Source: Styela clava (lineage: Eukaryota). Taken from it: 64,000 nucleotides of DNA. Each line of letters begins with the position of its first letter. The stretch's first letter is position 1. Below are positions 11,101-23,665 of this stretch, piece by piece. Both the position numbers and the translations under genes were made by a program. The notes beneath the pieces are model-generated. The model was given only the letters and a program-made list of their open reading frames with translations, ran no database searches and was not told the DNA's origin. The stretch lies in contig NC_135253.1 of the NCBI RefSeq assembly GCF_964204865.1, forward strand, positions 15,996,001 through 16,060,000, given 5' to 3'.

Positions 11101-14100
11101 GAATTCATCACCGGGAAGGACTCCTATAAAATCATCGCCAAATCCTAAATTTCAAGCCACAAGATTGAAGTTTCAACAAAATAATGGGATAGCTTTAAAA
11201 TCAACAGATTCTGAATTAATTAAGCCAATGAAAGAAAGTTTAGTGACAGAGAAGAAAATTCAGACTAAAAAGTTTTCTCCTGTCAATTATAAGTGAGTAC
11301 ATCTATTTGTTTTTCTTCTCTTTAACTTGAAAATTTGTATTTTGCTTCATGGATCACCCATCCAAGTCAAATTCACCCATTTACGAACCCACGCTCTGTA
11401 AATTTGTACATTTTGGTTATAGTATCTTTACGAGTCTAAATTATGTAATACCGAAACTAAAAAATCAGCAATTTTGACAATTCTTGAAATCTGATCACAT
11501 GGTTTCAATATAAATATGGCGATTCTTAATTGTGTATTTGTGAGACTCGAAAAATTGTATTCTGCTTTCACTTTCTCTAATCGCTTCTTCTGATATAAAA
11601 GGTGTTCATAAAATCACGTATTGAACTTGATAAAATAACTTTAGTTTGTTCCATGCGACGAATGATGGACATATAAAGGAGTTTTCTTATTGTATTTGCC
11701 AATTTGAGAAGTAAAATTTACCCCTTAACCCTGCGGACTGTCTTATTCCAGTGTGTAAGCATGATAAATTGCGAAAAATGTGTCGCTAGTCTAGACAGTC
11801 TATCCGCAATAATGAGCCGCAATAATACCATACATTATGGAACTGGAACATTACAAATTACAATCAAATCTGTTATATGAGCAACTGCCATATTTGGTCA
11901 CTACTGAAATGAAATCGGTAGCCTATTCGTGTACAGTGTTTCTCTAAAAATAAGACAGGGTTTTATCTAGATATTCTTTTAAAAAATAACACTAGGGCTT
12001 ATTTTCAGGGGATGTCTTATATTTTCATTCATCAAAAAATTAGAATTACGGAGAATTACTAGATTTTCAAATTTACAAAATATGGGAATCTATCTTCGTT
12101 CACTTATAAATACTGCATTTTCGTCTCACACGTTTTAGATTTATCACTCAAAACGTGTAAGAGAGATTTTTTGCTATCGCAAAAAAAATCGCTTTTGACT
12201 AGATCTCATTTTAAGGGGATAACTTATAATGAAATCATTTTTAAAATTCAGGCTAGGTCCTATTTTCGGGGAAACACGATAGTATAAAAATTGGTATTTG
12301 TTGCTTGAAAAATTTACCCTCTTATGCAAGTCAAATCTACCCATTCGGCCCCCGGTCTTGCAGACAAAGATATAAAACCACCTTAAATTTGTACAGTTTG
12401 GTAATTGCGTAATACCGAAACTAATAAATCAGCAAATTCTTTAAATCTGGTCTGGCGTTGTTTCGATGAAAATTTGGCGATTGGGTATTTGTGTGAGACG
12501 TTAACAAAATCCAGAATATTATCTGAAACAAATAACTGGTTTATTATTCTCATACCCAACCCAACAATGGACTACAATGGACTAATAACCCAACGAGAGA
12601 CCATGGTTCACCATAGGATTAAGCATTCTTATTGTATTTCCTCTCCCCCAGGATAAATATGAAAATCCTATCCAGCATGGGTTGTAATTTCATTGATCGT
12701 ATCAATTTGAATGATTACTGTATTTTGAATATTTATTACTCACTCACACTCTTTTAGATATCATTAGTATTGATTTATAATTCCATGCAAAACTTCTTCA
12801 TACTATTCGTTATTGATCACCTTAACGGATTGCTTTGTTTAGCTACCGTATATGTTAAATTTCACATATTTTAAGGTCACATCAATTATTCCAAGTCATT
12901 TTTTGTTGTTTCAAGCTTTTGAGAAACGCTAACTGTATTGATTTTTTTGTACTTGAAGCACTTTATCTTCACTTCAGTGGAGTGTCATTTCTTAAGTGTT
13001 GGAGAGACAAACTTTATTTATATCTTTGATGTCATCTTATTTTTACCAATTCTGATTTGTAAATGATCAAATAGGGCTTATTCGAATTCTAGAAAAAATT
13101 TTGAAGTATCAATCACCTTTGAAATGCTCGTTTTTTTCATGGGCGTGTTGACTTACTGTATGTTGTATCAATATACCATATCTATTTTTGCATAATGCGC
13201 GAGTACTATAATCAATAGAAATAAGACTTATAAATATGGGAAAAATATTATCCAGTTAGGCATAAAATATCGATTATTAATTTTTGATACGCATCCCTAT
13301 TTTTAGAAATTGAATTTAGTTGGAAATTGTGCATTGTACATGAGGAATAGGATATGTTCAAATGTTACAATATATCATGAATATTGTGTGCAAAACACGT
13401 TGAACAAGAAATAATTATAGGATATGAATTTTTCACGAGTTTACTGATATTGTATCCTCCCGTTTCTTGCTATATTACTACCATTCATGATATGTTATTG
13501 TTAGTTGTTACTTGTTACACACAAATTTTTTATCAACTATCTAAAAATTCTTTGCTAAGATTGATCACAGCTTCATGCCTTCTAAATTAATATGTCAGAT
13601 CAAATTTTAGATCTACCGTAATATTCAGGAACTATGGGTACACTAATTGCAATTTTGTATCTTGGCTAATGTTGAATTATTCATTGTAGTCTATGTAGTC
13701 TAATGTAATCTAAATGTAGTCTAAAAAGATTTAAAACTGTTATGAAATGAAAATTGAATATATTAGAGAGGTGAAGTTATGTCTATTTGCTTCCATTATG
13801 GGTCGGTATCATGACATATTATATATCATTTGTTCTCTGTATTTCTTTTGGCGCTTCGGAAGTATGTGTACCAATATGGAGATAACTAATTTTGTTCGCC
13901 TACTTTACATCAAGTTGTGTAAAGGACTGAAACCTATGGGCAGGGGGATATTGACTTGGCTAACACAGACAGTCCCCGAACTCGTAATGGAACTAAAAAA
14001 GGGAAAACGGGATAAAATTATGGCCTAACCTGGTACACACATTATGGAAGTACCTTTCTTTTTTATACAGCACCTACTCATGTTTGTCTGACGCTTTAAA

Positions 14101-17100
14101 CATCCAGGCCATCATGCTCTGATATAAATTCATTTTCCACATTTCTATATTTTCAGATCACATTTATCACAAAAGGTATCACCATCCAGTACTGTTACGT
14201 CATTGTCCACTACATTACCGAATGTTCCAACCATTTCATCGAAACAAGAATCAATGAATGAAAATGAGAAAGTAAAACCATTGCCACCAAAAACAAGGGT
14301 AATTTTTTTATTTTATCACATCATTCCGAAACATAAAACTTGGTTGTTACATCCAAGATTCTAGAAAATATTCATAATAAAATAATTTTCTGTGTTGTAG
14401 AATGTGCGTCAAAGATCTCTGGTCCAAGTCTATATATTTAATTTAGAAAGGTTATTCTAGGTAGTTTTTTAATCAGCTCTTGTTTGATGGGGTTTAGCAT
14501 GTTTTAGCTGGGATCATAGATGGAGTAATATTTTCTAGTGAGCTCAGAGCTGAAGTCGAAGTCAATTTTTTAAAACCCTAAGCCAGGGACAATAATTTTT
14601 AAAAGAAGAATCAAGGACAGGGTTAATTGTGAGTTTTCTCAGATTCAACACCATAGCCCTGGTCATACATAGCAATGAACTATTTGCTTGTATAAATTAT
14701 TATTTTTTTAAACAAATTATTCTTCTAATCAATGCTTTTTTATTGTTTATTTTTTTGAAACCTTTCTATTTAAGTTTTAATATGTGATAGTAGATAGTAT
14801 AATATCTACTCGTAATATTTTTTTTCAGTTTTTTAAATTTAATTTAGGCTATATACATTGCGACACTTTATAACATTCAAAAAGTTTATATATATTGTTC
14901 CCGCTATGACGTTCCAAGATTATTTTTAATTAATCATTGCACAGAACTGAATACATCCCTCGTAAATATTATTTTTTTCCTAACAAATTCCAAGGTTATA
15001 ACTTTTGTCATAGAATAAGTCTCATAACGGGAAGAAGCATTTGAACATCTAACGAGAAATATCATAGTCCTGGTGCACAAAACTACGCCAATTATGAGCA
15101 CCATTAATAAATAAGAATAGTACCGAGTTGTTGGAGAAATAAAGACCATTATTTTTATCACCATTGTTTTTGCACCCACATTAGTTCGTTCATCCTGTCT
15201 TTTATTTGTTTATATTAATCTATTTAATCATATCATCATTATTTCCTCTTCCTATAGACTTCTTCTGCTCCACCATCTATCAATACTGTAACTTCGGATC
15301 AAGCAAGACCTCCACCTTTACCACCCAAGAAACCAAACCTCAACAGGTACCTCGTTATCGACACTAAATACAGCATGTTTATGTGGGAGGGTTTACATAT
15401 TACTCATATTCTTTCCTAAAAATATTTTTGATGCATAGCATAATATGGATATGAAATATGAATTATGGCTTGGTGGTTAAGCCAGCAAGGTTTTGTACAT
15501 TTACCTCGTCTCTGTCATAATGTTTATTTATTATGCAGATGTTGTTACATTTTGAGGTAAATAATAAAGTATAAACATACATAAAAAATAGTTACCGTAA
15601 GTCATAGTCATCATGGTCTGAAGCAAAATAAACTTGAACACAATCCCCAACTTGTTTTTTAAGGTTTCACCGTTATATTTAATAAACGACATTGAAATTT
15701 TTATTGGCAATTCATCATAAGTGCAAATAGGTGTGAATCATGTTTTTATTGCATAATATATCAATCAGGAAACATTATGAGTTGATTGAGAATATTCATA
15801 AATCATAATCTGTCATATATTAAATGGTTACTGATTAATAAACTGACTATGTACAGTTGAAATAATGAAATACACTTCAAGTTTAAAATTTGATTAATCA
15901 ACTTGATTGTGATGAATGTTGACTTCCACTATTGACTTTCTTGTTTATCTTTGTATTTCTGGAACATTGGCCAATCATGATAACATAACAGTGATACATG
16001 ATGCAACAATTGAAATTTTAGTATTAGAGACGCTTTTCTCACAATGTATTCAATCATTGTTTTGAAAGTTGACTTGTTTTTGATATTTTTCAGTACTACT
16101 TGTCCTAAATCAAATAACCTTTGGTCAGTTTGGATTCAGGAAGGTTTCAGTTTAGTTACAGAAACCAAACTACAGTTCCGTACAGCATCAATAGATTAGG
16201 CTAAAAATGGCTGCGAGTACTTTTTCGCAGAAGTTGCTTGAATGTTTTGAAATGAAATTGTGCTTTTTAAAAAGTTCAATCGTTTAGAACAGGGGTTCTC
16301 AACCTGGGGTTCACGAACCCCCAGGGGTTCACGAGAAGATTTCCAGGGGAACTTGGATGGCAGTCGAGTTTTTGTATGTTGCTGTTTTTTAATATCCTTT
16401 ATTACTATAATGGGAAAATGCGTGCCCATTGAAACTGGACGCCAATTGAAACGTAGATTTTCCCTGATCTTGCATTGTTGTGATTGTGACGCAACAATGT
16501 GAAATTCAAGTCTTTGCGTTCAAACTTTGAAATTTCTAAAGACAGCGTGCTGCGAGCATTGGAGAAGTGATTATGCTTATTGAAAATTGGGAGAGATTTT
16601 AGGAATTCATTAGTTAGGCGGACGACAAGGGCAATAATATCAACAAGACGATTTAATTTAGTTATCTATGGTCAAAAAATTGGTGTTGCAACAAATCGTT
16701 ATTCAATATATATATATCACAACTTTGTTCGGTGTGATTACCGGGGGTTCGCGTTGATTGTTTCGTGACTCGGGGGGTACTTGACGGAAAAAAGGTTGAG
16801 AACCCCTGGTTTAGAACCTCCATTCATCAAATAACTAAAAGAAAATAAGCATCAAAAAGTTTCCAATGGTAAAGTATAGTAAAAATTGGGTTGGAGAGAA
16901 ACAGCCCTATTTAGAATCTTACACTGAATATATTGTGTGCATTGACTTGTTCTACTATCTTACTAATTACTGAATTTCAATTTATATTTAATTACACTAG
17001 ATATTGTACAACCACTACTCAGAAATTAACACTGTATATCATTGTTACAGTGAAAAGCCAACCAAACGTAGCACTTCTCTCACATCGGAAGTAAGAAATT

Positions 17101-19546
17101 CAGCAGAATCATCAAGTTTTCAAAGGAAGGTAACAGGAAGTGTAATAAAGAGAAATACGTCATCTCAGAAAACCAACTCCACAAATTCGGAAAATTGTAA
17201 TAATAATAGTATCGGTAATGGAAAAAGAGTCAAGGGTGAGTGACCTGATTACATTTTGAAATATTTCCTGAATTATTTTGTCGTTTTGTTTTCAAAACAA
17301 AAAAGCAATGCTCAAATATATGAAAAAGGAAGGTTGCGCATCGCGACCAGTACGCACCAATTTCCTAAAAAGATCTGCAGACAAGCAAGATGAGCATTAT
17401 GGAATAAAAAGTGTTCCCCTTCACTTAAAATAAAACAGCGAAGTTTCTGCGAACAAACAGGAAGGGCAATACGGAATAAAAAGTGTTCTCTTTGAGTTGA
17501 AATGAAACAGTGAAATTTTTGGTGAAACATTGTGTCACTTAAAAATTGAAAAAATAAATAAAAGCTTTCTAGTGCCTTGGAAATTCGGAATTGTTTTCCA
17601 ACAGTAACAAGAATCAGTGTAACGATCCATCGATAAACTTATTCAATAAAACAACATTTAACATGAGAAAGATCTGATTTGCGCTACATTGAAATTCTAT
17701 ATTTGAGATATTTGTTCTGTAGCATTTTTTCATAATTAAGTACAATATTAGTAATCAAAATGTAAAATCAATATGATACACTGAACTGTGAAACATAGCA
17801 AGAACAATTTAAGATTGATCGATGTATAACAAAATATAAACTATACCACATATTATATATGGTATAAGGGACTGGGAACACACTGACAAAGGATATTCAG
17901 TTTTTTTTCAATTAGGTAGTTATTTCTTTTCTTCAAGCAAATTCCCTAAAAAAAATTGTGGCTCTTGTGAAAAATTCAAACTTTTTAATCTCTGGTATCT
18001 GGTTATCATCAGAATATTTTTACCATTCTACTGTTGCCCATCCAGATATACTCACACCGCTTATTTGCTAATTTTTTATCCAAATTACCTCGTCCATAAT
18101 TTGTTGAAATAGATAAGAAAAAAATTGTAATGAAGTAGTGTGAATTTATTTATGATTTTATTCTTTTCCAGCTCCAGTCCCACCTTCTCTACCTGCTAAA
18201 CTATCATCTCAACAACCACAATTACCAACACCGCCAGGTAATGAAATAAATTGAGTATTACTATATTAATAACTATTATAATTTGAGTGAATATGGAATT
18301 ACAATTCTTACTATAAGATACAAGCACATGAGGAAAATTTTGGTGGTTGAAAAAGTTAAATCCAAAAGTCATAATCATCATAACTTGTGTTGTGTGGACC
18401 ATGGCTGGTCGCACATATCAATTAGTGTGATAAATTGCGTAGGCAATGCTGAACTAGAGGGATATTCTGGTCTTTTTAAAACAATTGTAGATTCCTGCAC
18501 AGGATAGAATTTACCTATCCTATGCAGGGATAGTTATGCTCAGAGAAATATTAAACACATTTATAGTATTCATATTTTATGTAAGATGTGGTATGATAGT
18601 TCCAACTGTCAACATTTTCTGAAATATGGAGGTATCCCTTTAGGTAAATCACATGTCTGGGTCTTTCTGTTTGAGTCTGTTTTTATCCAAACAACTGGAA
18701 AGTTTTATAGGATTTTAAACAATTAATTACCGTAATTACAAACATAAACAATGGCAATTTTTTAATTGCAAGAGTATAATGCAGATCAGATCAAATCTCA
18801 TGGCCATGTGAAATGACTGATTGTGAAACGTTCGTTTGAGGGAATAGAAATTGGGTTGCGTTGTGTTGTGTACTGTGTAGTGTATACTTCGAACAAAAAT
18901 TTTTCCTGCACCATTGTCCATTTGTTGGTACTATCGTAGTATGTGTACCAGGTTAGGGTTAGGCCATAATTGTTAATATTTCTTCTCTCCTTCTCGTTGT
19001 TATGAAAAAATCCCTTTTCTCTTTAAATGATGAATTAATGCTGTGAAAATAAAGATTGTTTTTGTTGCTAGAAAGCTATATTATTTGTTCCTAAATCAAA
19101 AATTCCGCTGTTTTATTTATGGTAACATGTTTTTAGGACAGCGTGTGATAGCTGTCTACCGTTTTGATATTGCCCACTCGTGCTATGCATAAGTCGGATA
19201 AGTTTGATGCCAGTAATGCAATGTAGACTAGGTACGGTAAGATATTGTGAAATATAAATGTTGATAATGTTGATAAATAAAATAAGGGTAGGCTACCCTA
19301 CTGGTAATATAAAGTATTTGTTTTGGCCTTCGTATTCATATATTTGAGCATCACTCTCTTGTACTATTTGAGATGATATGCCATATTACATAATTAATGT
19401 TTGTTCATGCTTCAGCTGGACCAAGACAACCCTTATCAACCCAACAGCGTGTATATCAGTCTTCAAATGCCGACAGTAATCCTATGATATCTCCTGCTCC
19501 AAATTCAGCAACATCGAAAACACAGAATACATTTTTTGGTACTTGA
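5136..19546 (+). CDS. CTTNBP2NL: CTTNBP2 / CTTNBP2 N-terminal-like protein (CortBP2 coiled-coil, STRIPAK-associated), ~821 aa, 13 coding exons
   Basis: Phase-consistent GT-AG exons: 5136-5210, 5615-5728, 5807-5947, 6035-6142, 6985-7185, 7759-7875, 9317-9726, 10606-11292, 14157-14298, 15258-15346, 17051-17235, 18172-18237, 19416-19546 (2466 nt). Family motifs: LLSILEGELEARD, DPFLSLHRD, EEKRKHAADTKTGDDVTMALEKERERL, and the proline-rich PPPLPPKKP. No ankyrin-repeat exons were found, so it is NL/short-form-like. The start codon is inferred. Confidence 0.85.
6281..6556. mobile_element. hAT-type MITE in intron 4 of the CTTNBP2NL-like gene
   Basis: TIR CAGTGTTCCCTCTAA / TTAGAGGGAACATTG. Perfect 8-bp TSD atgatgac at 6273-6280 and 6557-6564. 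Confidence 0.9.
7972..8286. mobile_element. hAT-type MITE (older)
   Basis: TIR CAGGGATGTCCAAAAC / GTTTTGGCCATCCCTG. Degenerate TSD cgttgatt / gttagatt. Confidence 0.7.
11934..12279. mobile_element. Tc1/mariner (pogo/Tigger-like) MITE
   Basis: TA|CAGTGTTTCTCTAAAAATAAGAC ... GTCCTATTTTCGGGGAAACACGA|TA: imperfect TIRs flanked by TA. Confidence 0.7.
16290..16808. mobile_element. hAT (Charlie-like) MITE
   Basis: TIR CAGGGGTTCTCAACCT / AGGTTGAGAACCCCTG. Perfect 8-bp TSD gtttagaa at 16282-16289 and 16809-16816. Confidence 0.92.
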
Positions 19547-22330
19547 TCTCATTCAGGAAAAGGACAGTTTTTGAAATTCCGCTATGTTCAGTATTCTCTT
19601 TAATGCGCTTTCCGCTTTTACACCAGGGTCAGACAGACCCTCAAAATTTTTGTAAAAAGTGATTTTGCTGTTATTGTATTTTCGTAAAGGACACCAAAGC
19701 GCTTGATATGTAGTCCAAAATTGCCTAAATTTTTTGCAGTTTTCAATATTATGCCAATCCTCATTTTTGATCATTGATCTAACATTTGAACAATGCATCC
19801 CTTTCCAGTATATAAACAAAAGTTTGTTGAAAATAATGATTCTGAAAGTTCTGAATATGTTCATCCATTTCGTCTTGTCATTAGTACGTATTGTTGTAAT
19901 TATCTAGCAAAACCCTTTTCCCAAGTCTTTTCAGAGATCTTCATGAATAATGTTACGAGCCCAGAACCCTGATTTTGAAGCTAACTAGTGAAACAAAAAC
20001 CGGAGAAAGATTCCAAAATTAGATAGTGTTTCTGTTGTTGCCATACACGACAAGGCTCATAAATCGAGCATGATGTCAATCGAGCATGATGTCAATTAAA
20101 CAAGATTTTCTGACTGCGAAAAACAGTCGATATATTAAAAATTGACTTGGAATTCCATTCTATTTACTGTAATATTGCAGTAAAGTAAAGTTGCCTTAGA
20201 GTACAAAATTGGGAAAGAAGAAAAAATTCCGAAAAAGGAGAACAAATAATATCATGAAATTGAAATTTTAGTTGGCAATTTTTTCTGTGGCAGCTTTTAA
20301 TCCTATGAAAAAGATATAAAGATATAAAATACATTTGCACATATGTTATTATCATTATCGGCCTAATCCCTGTCATTACGCAGTCATTAAATTTTTATCT
20401 ATATTTCTCATAGTACATTTTCATTCATATATTCTGCTTGTGCTAGCCTTTTCGTGTTCCTATTACGTCTGCTTCAGTGCTGCTCATCGCAATTGACATC
20501 TGCCAGTTTTGTATAGATATGCTTTTCATATCTCTGTACCGAATTTAAATGAATTTGATTTCAAAGATTTGCCATTTCATTTTGCTTCATATAAAACTGA
20601 TGAATGGAATAGCGTGTTCAAATCATTGTTGAAAAGTGCTTGTCTGATACGTATAACTTCGGTCAGACGAAACATTACAAAATAGAATGTTTGAATATGT
20701 GATGGAAAACTCAATCATTTTTCAAATTTGAGTGAAAATATTGATGATATTGGGAATAAAAATGCTTTATTTTGCAAATATTGGTTCGGAATGGTACTCC
20801 ATTTAGTGATTCACGCTTTTGAATCAACCAATATCCTTTTTCTAGCAAAAATAACAGCCATGTTGTGGTAATATTCCTCTTGCAAATCTTGTTTTATAAA
20901 GCTGCAGTTAATCATGCAAAAGTCGCTTCATGATATTTTCTCATGCTTTTTTCATATTATAGCAATCATGTAATTCCATGCAATTTATCCATAACTAGCT
21001 TTGGATTGTATAATTTCTTGTTTTTACCATTTGGCTACTGTAAATACTAATGGTTTTGAAGAATTGTTGTTGCAAGTTTTGTTTTGCATTGGAAACATTT
21101 TGTTGCCATCATTGGAATTATTTTGTATAAACTTCAACTTAGAACTTGAGAAAAAGTTATGTGAATATTTAACATTTATCATGTCCGTGGTGTTCACATA
21201 TTGTCATATTTAAACATCATTTACCATGGCCATAGAGGCTTTCATAAATAGTAACCATGTAATTTCTGTTTTATTCTCGTCAGTGACGATGTCTGTATAT
21301 TTTGTGGATCATAATTATATTTTTCTGTATTTTGAATGGTTTTTATATTGTTATATATATATTTGTAATTATGTGTTGTCATCAACCTAATACCGAATGA
21401 ACAATGAACTCGTGTTTTTGAATTGTATTGTTTTGCCTTAATTTTCATAGAGTGTCCCTGTTAAATAAACCATACGCCAGGGTTGTGGGCTCAGGAGAAA
21501 ATCATTCAACTCCGAAGTTTGACGTCCAACTTTGGGTTGTGAAAAAATCTGGCTTCAGCTTCAAAGTGAACCAAATTTTCCTTATTTATATGCCATCCTG
21601 TAATATACTTTAAAAAACGTTTAGTACTCGGTAAAGTAAAAATACTATAGTGAAAACAAGTCAAAAAAGCTCGGACATAGATTGTGTCTTATCACCAAAG
21701 ATAGTAATTTGTTGTGAAACTTATATAGGGTCGAAGAATGATAATTTTGAATGAAAATCTGTTCGACATATTGACCTGAATCCTGAATAATGAAAAAAAA
21801 TTGACTTGGCATAGCATACTTTTCAGGTTTACCAACATTTGAATTTTTTGGGAGTTAGAACTGGAGAACTTTTATCAACTTTCGTTTCGAATTGTAAATT
21901 TTTCCAGATACCACAGCCCTGCTAAAAATTGCATTGTTTACGAGGTGTTTCACATCACCACCGACTTATTTGGAAAAATATCACATCTGATTTATGTGAT
22001 TTATTGGAAACAAGAGTAAGCGATTATTTAATTCTTTTGCACTGAATGACAAATGCAATTTTACCAATGAACTGTTTGTTATTTGTAGTATTTGATTGAT
22101 TTTTTAAGCTTTAACTTTGTTGTCTGGACGGTTATTTTTACCTCATTCCATGACATGCTGTGTTGTAAACTGCCAATGCTTTTTCATATAAGTGGCAAAA
22201 TAGTAGCAAACTGATCAAAAGCGTCTGATGTGTGATGAATTGGTCAGCATGGAAAGAAAATCATAAAAGGAAGCCAGGAAAATATACAATTACGTGGCTT
22301 GGATATACAGGCTTGAAAAATTCCAAGTCG

Positions 22331-22592
22331 CATAAAACACCATTTCTGATCTCAGGTTGACATTGACATTCTAGTGCAAAATGATCAATCTTTATGTGAT
22401 GAAGCAGTGGCCAGCACATTGTTAATCAGGGAGAGCAAAACAATATTTTTAAACTCTACCATAAAACACCATTTCTGATTTCAGGTTGACATTGACATTC
22501 TAGTGCAAAATGATCAATCTTTATGTGATGAAGCAGTGGCCAGCACATTGTTAATCAGGGAGAGCAAAACAATATTTTTAAACTCTACCATA
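22331..22592. repeat. Near-perfect 129-bp tandem duplication between the two convergent 3' ends
   Basis: cataaaacaccatttctgat...aaactctac starts at 22331 and 22460; I see one substitution. Confidence 0.95.
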
Positions 22593-23665
22593 TAAAACAA
22601 CTTTTCAGCTACACCTTGTTACTGGCTTTGACTGTGTCCAAAAATTAACTTGGGTCTGCATTTTAGCAATCTTCAATACAGTCCAATACAACTTTAAGTA
22701 CAAAATCACGCAAATCAGTGGCAAATGAATAATATAATAAACCAATTTATCAGCCATTTTCTACCCTCAAATGAAATTGAGGCAGGCCTTCGGGATCTCA
22801 GTAGTAATTCCGATCGTTCTTATATAAACAACTTGCACGACCTGCCCATGTTGCAATCCTAGACAAAGTAAGATTACAGACTACAGTGTGTAATAAATAA
22901 CTTTATTATCCTATTTCAAATCAAAATTGCCATAGCTTAAACAGAATTATAAACGAATGAACAGATATAGATAGCATTACCCACTAACAGAGCTTAGTGG
23001 AAACATTTATAATATGGCCATAACCAACAAATTGCCAAACAGACTTATTACGGTGCTCCAGAAGTATGTAAAAGAAAAGTGAAATAGTATTTTATATTCA
23101 ATGGCTTTTTATCGATATGTCAAACAAACAACCTCTAAAAATTCACGACTAAGAGAAAAACTGGTGAAATGCAAGCAAGGGATCGAAATTTAATTTTTCA
23201 CCAAAGCACAGTTTCATGACACCAGTAACTAGAAGATAAACTGGAGTATGCAAATGAAAAACTCAACAAACATATTCTTCTTTCAATTCAACTCTCCAAA
23301 AGATTGTCACAGTAAACATAATGCTATTAATTACTTTTAATTAATAAAAAACGATCTCGATCATATTTATCAGGAATTGTCAAGAAATACTGTGTCGCAT
23401 GGCAATATCATATTTTTACAACAAAAAAATTTAACTGACAAAAGTGTAATGTTTCATTGCAAATGTATAAATAGATTTCACTTAATATTTAAGCAAGCAA
23501 CAATGTATAAACAGGAATGTATCAATAAATAAGAAAGATGTTTTATAATTTTTCTTATTATCTGCATTGTAAAATACTTGACCATAATACATTCGTTTTG
23601 AAAATCCTGGATACATACATACAATTTAAGCAAAAATCAGTTAACAAAAAAAAAAGAAATCATCA

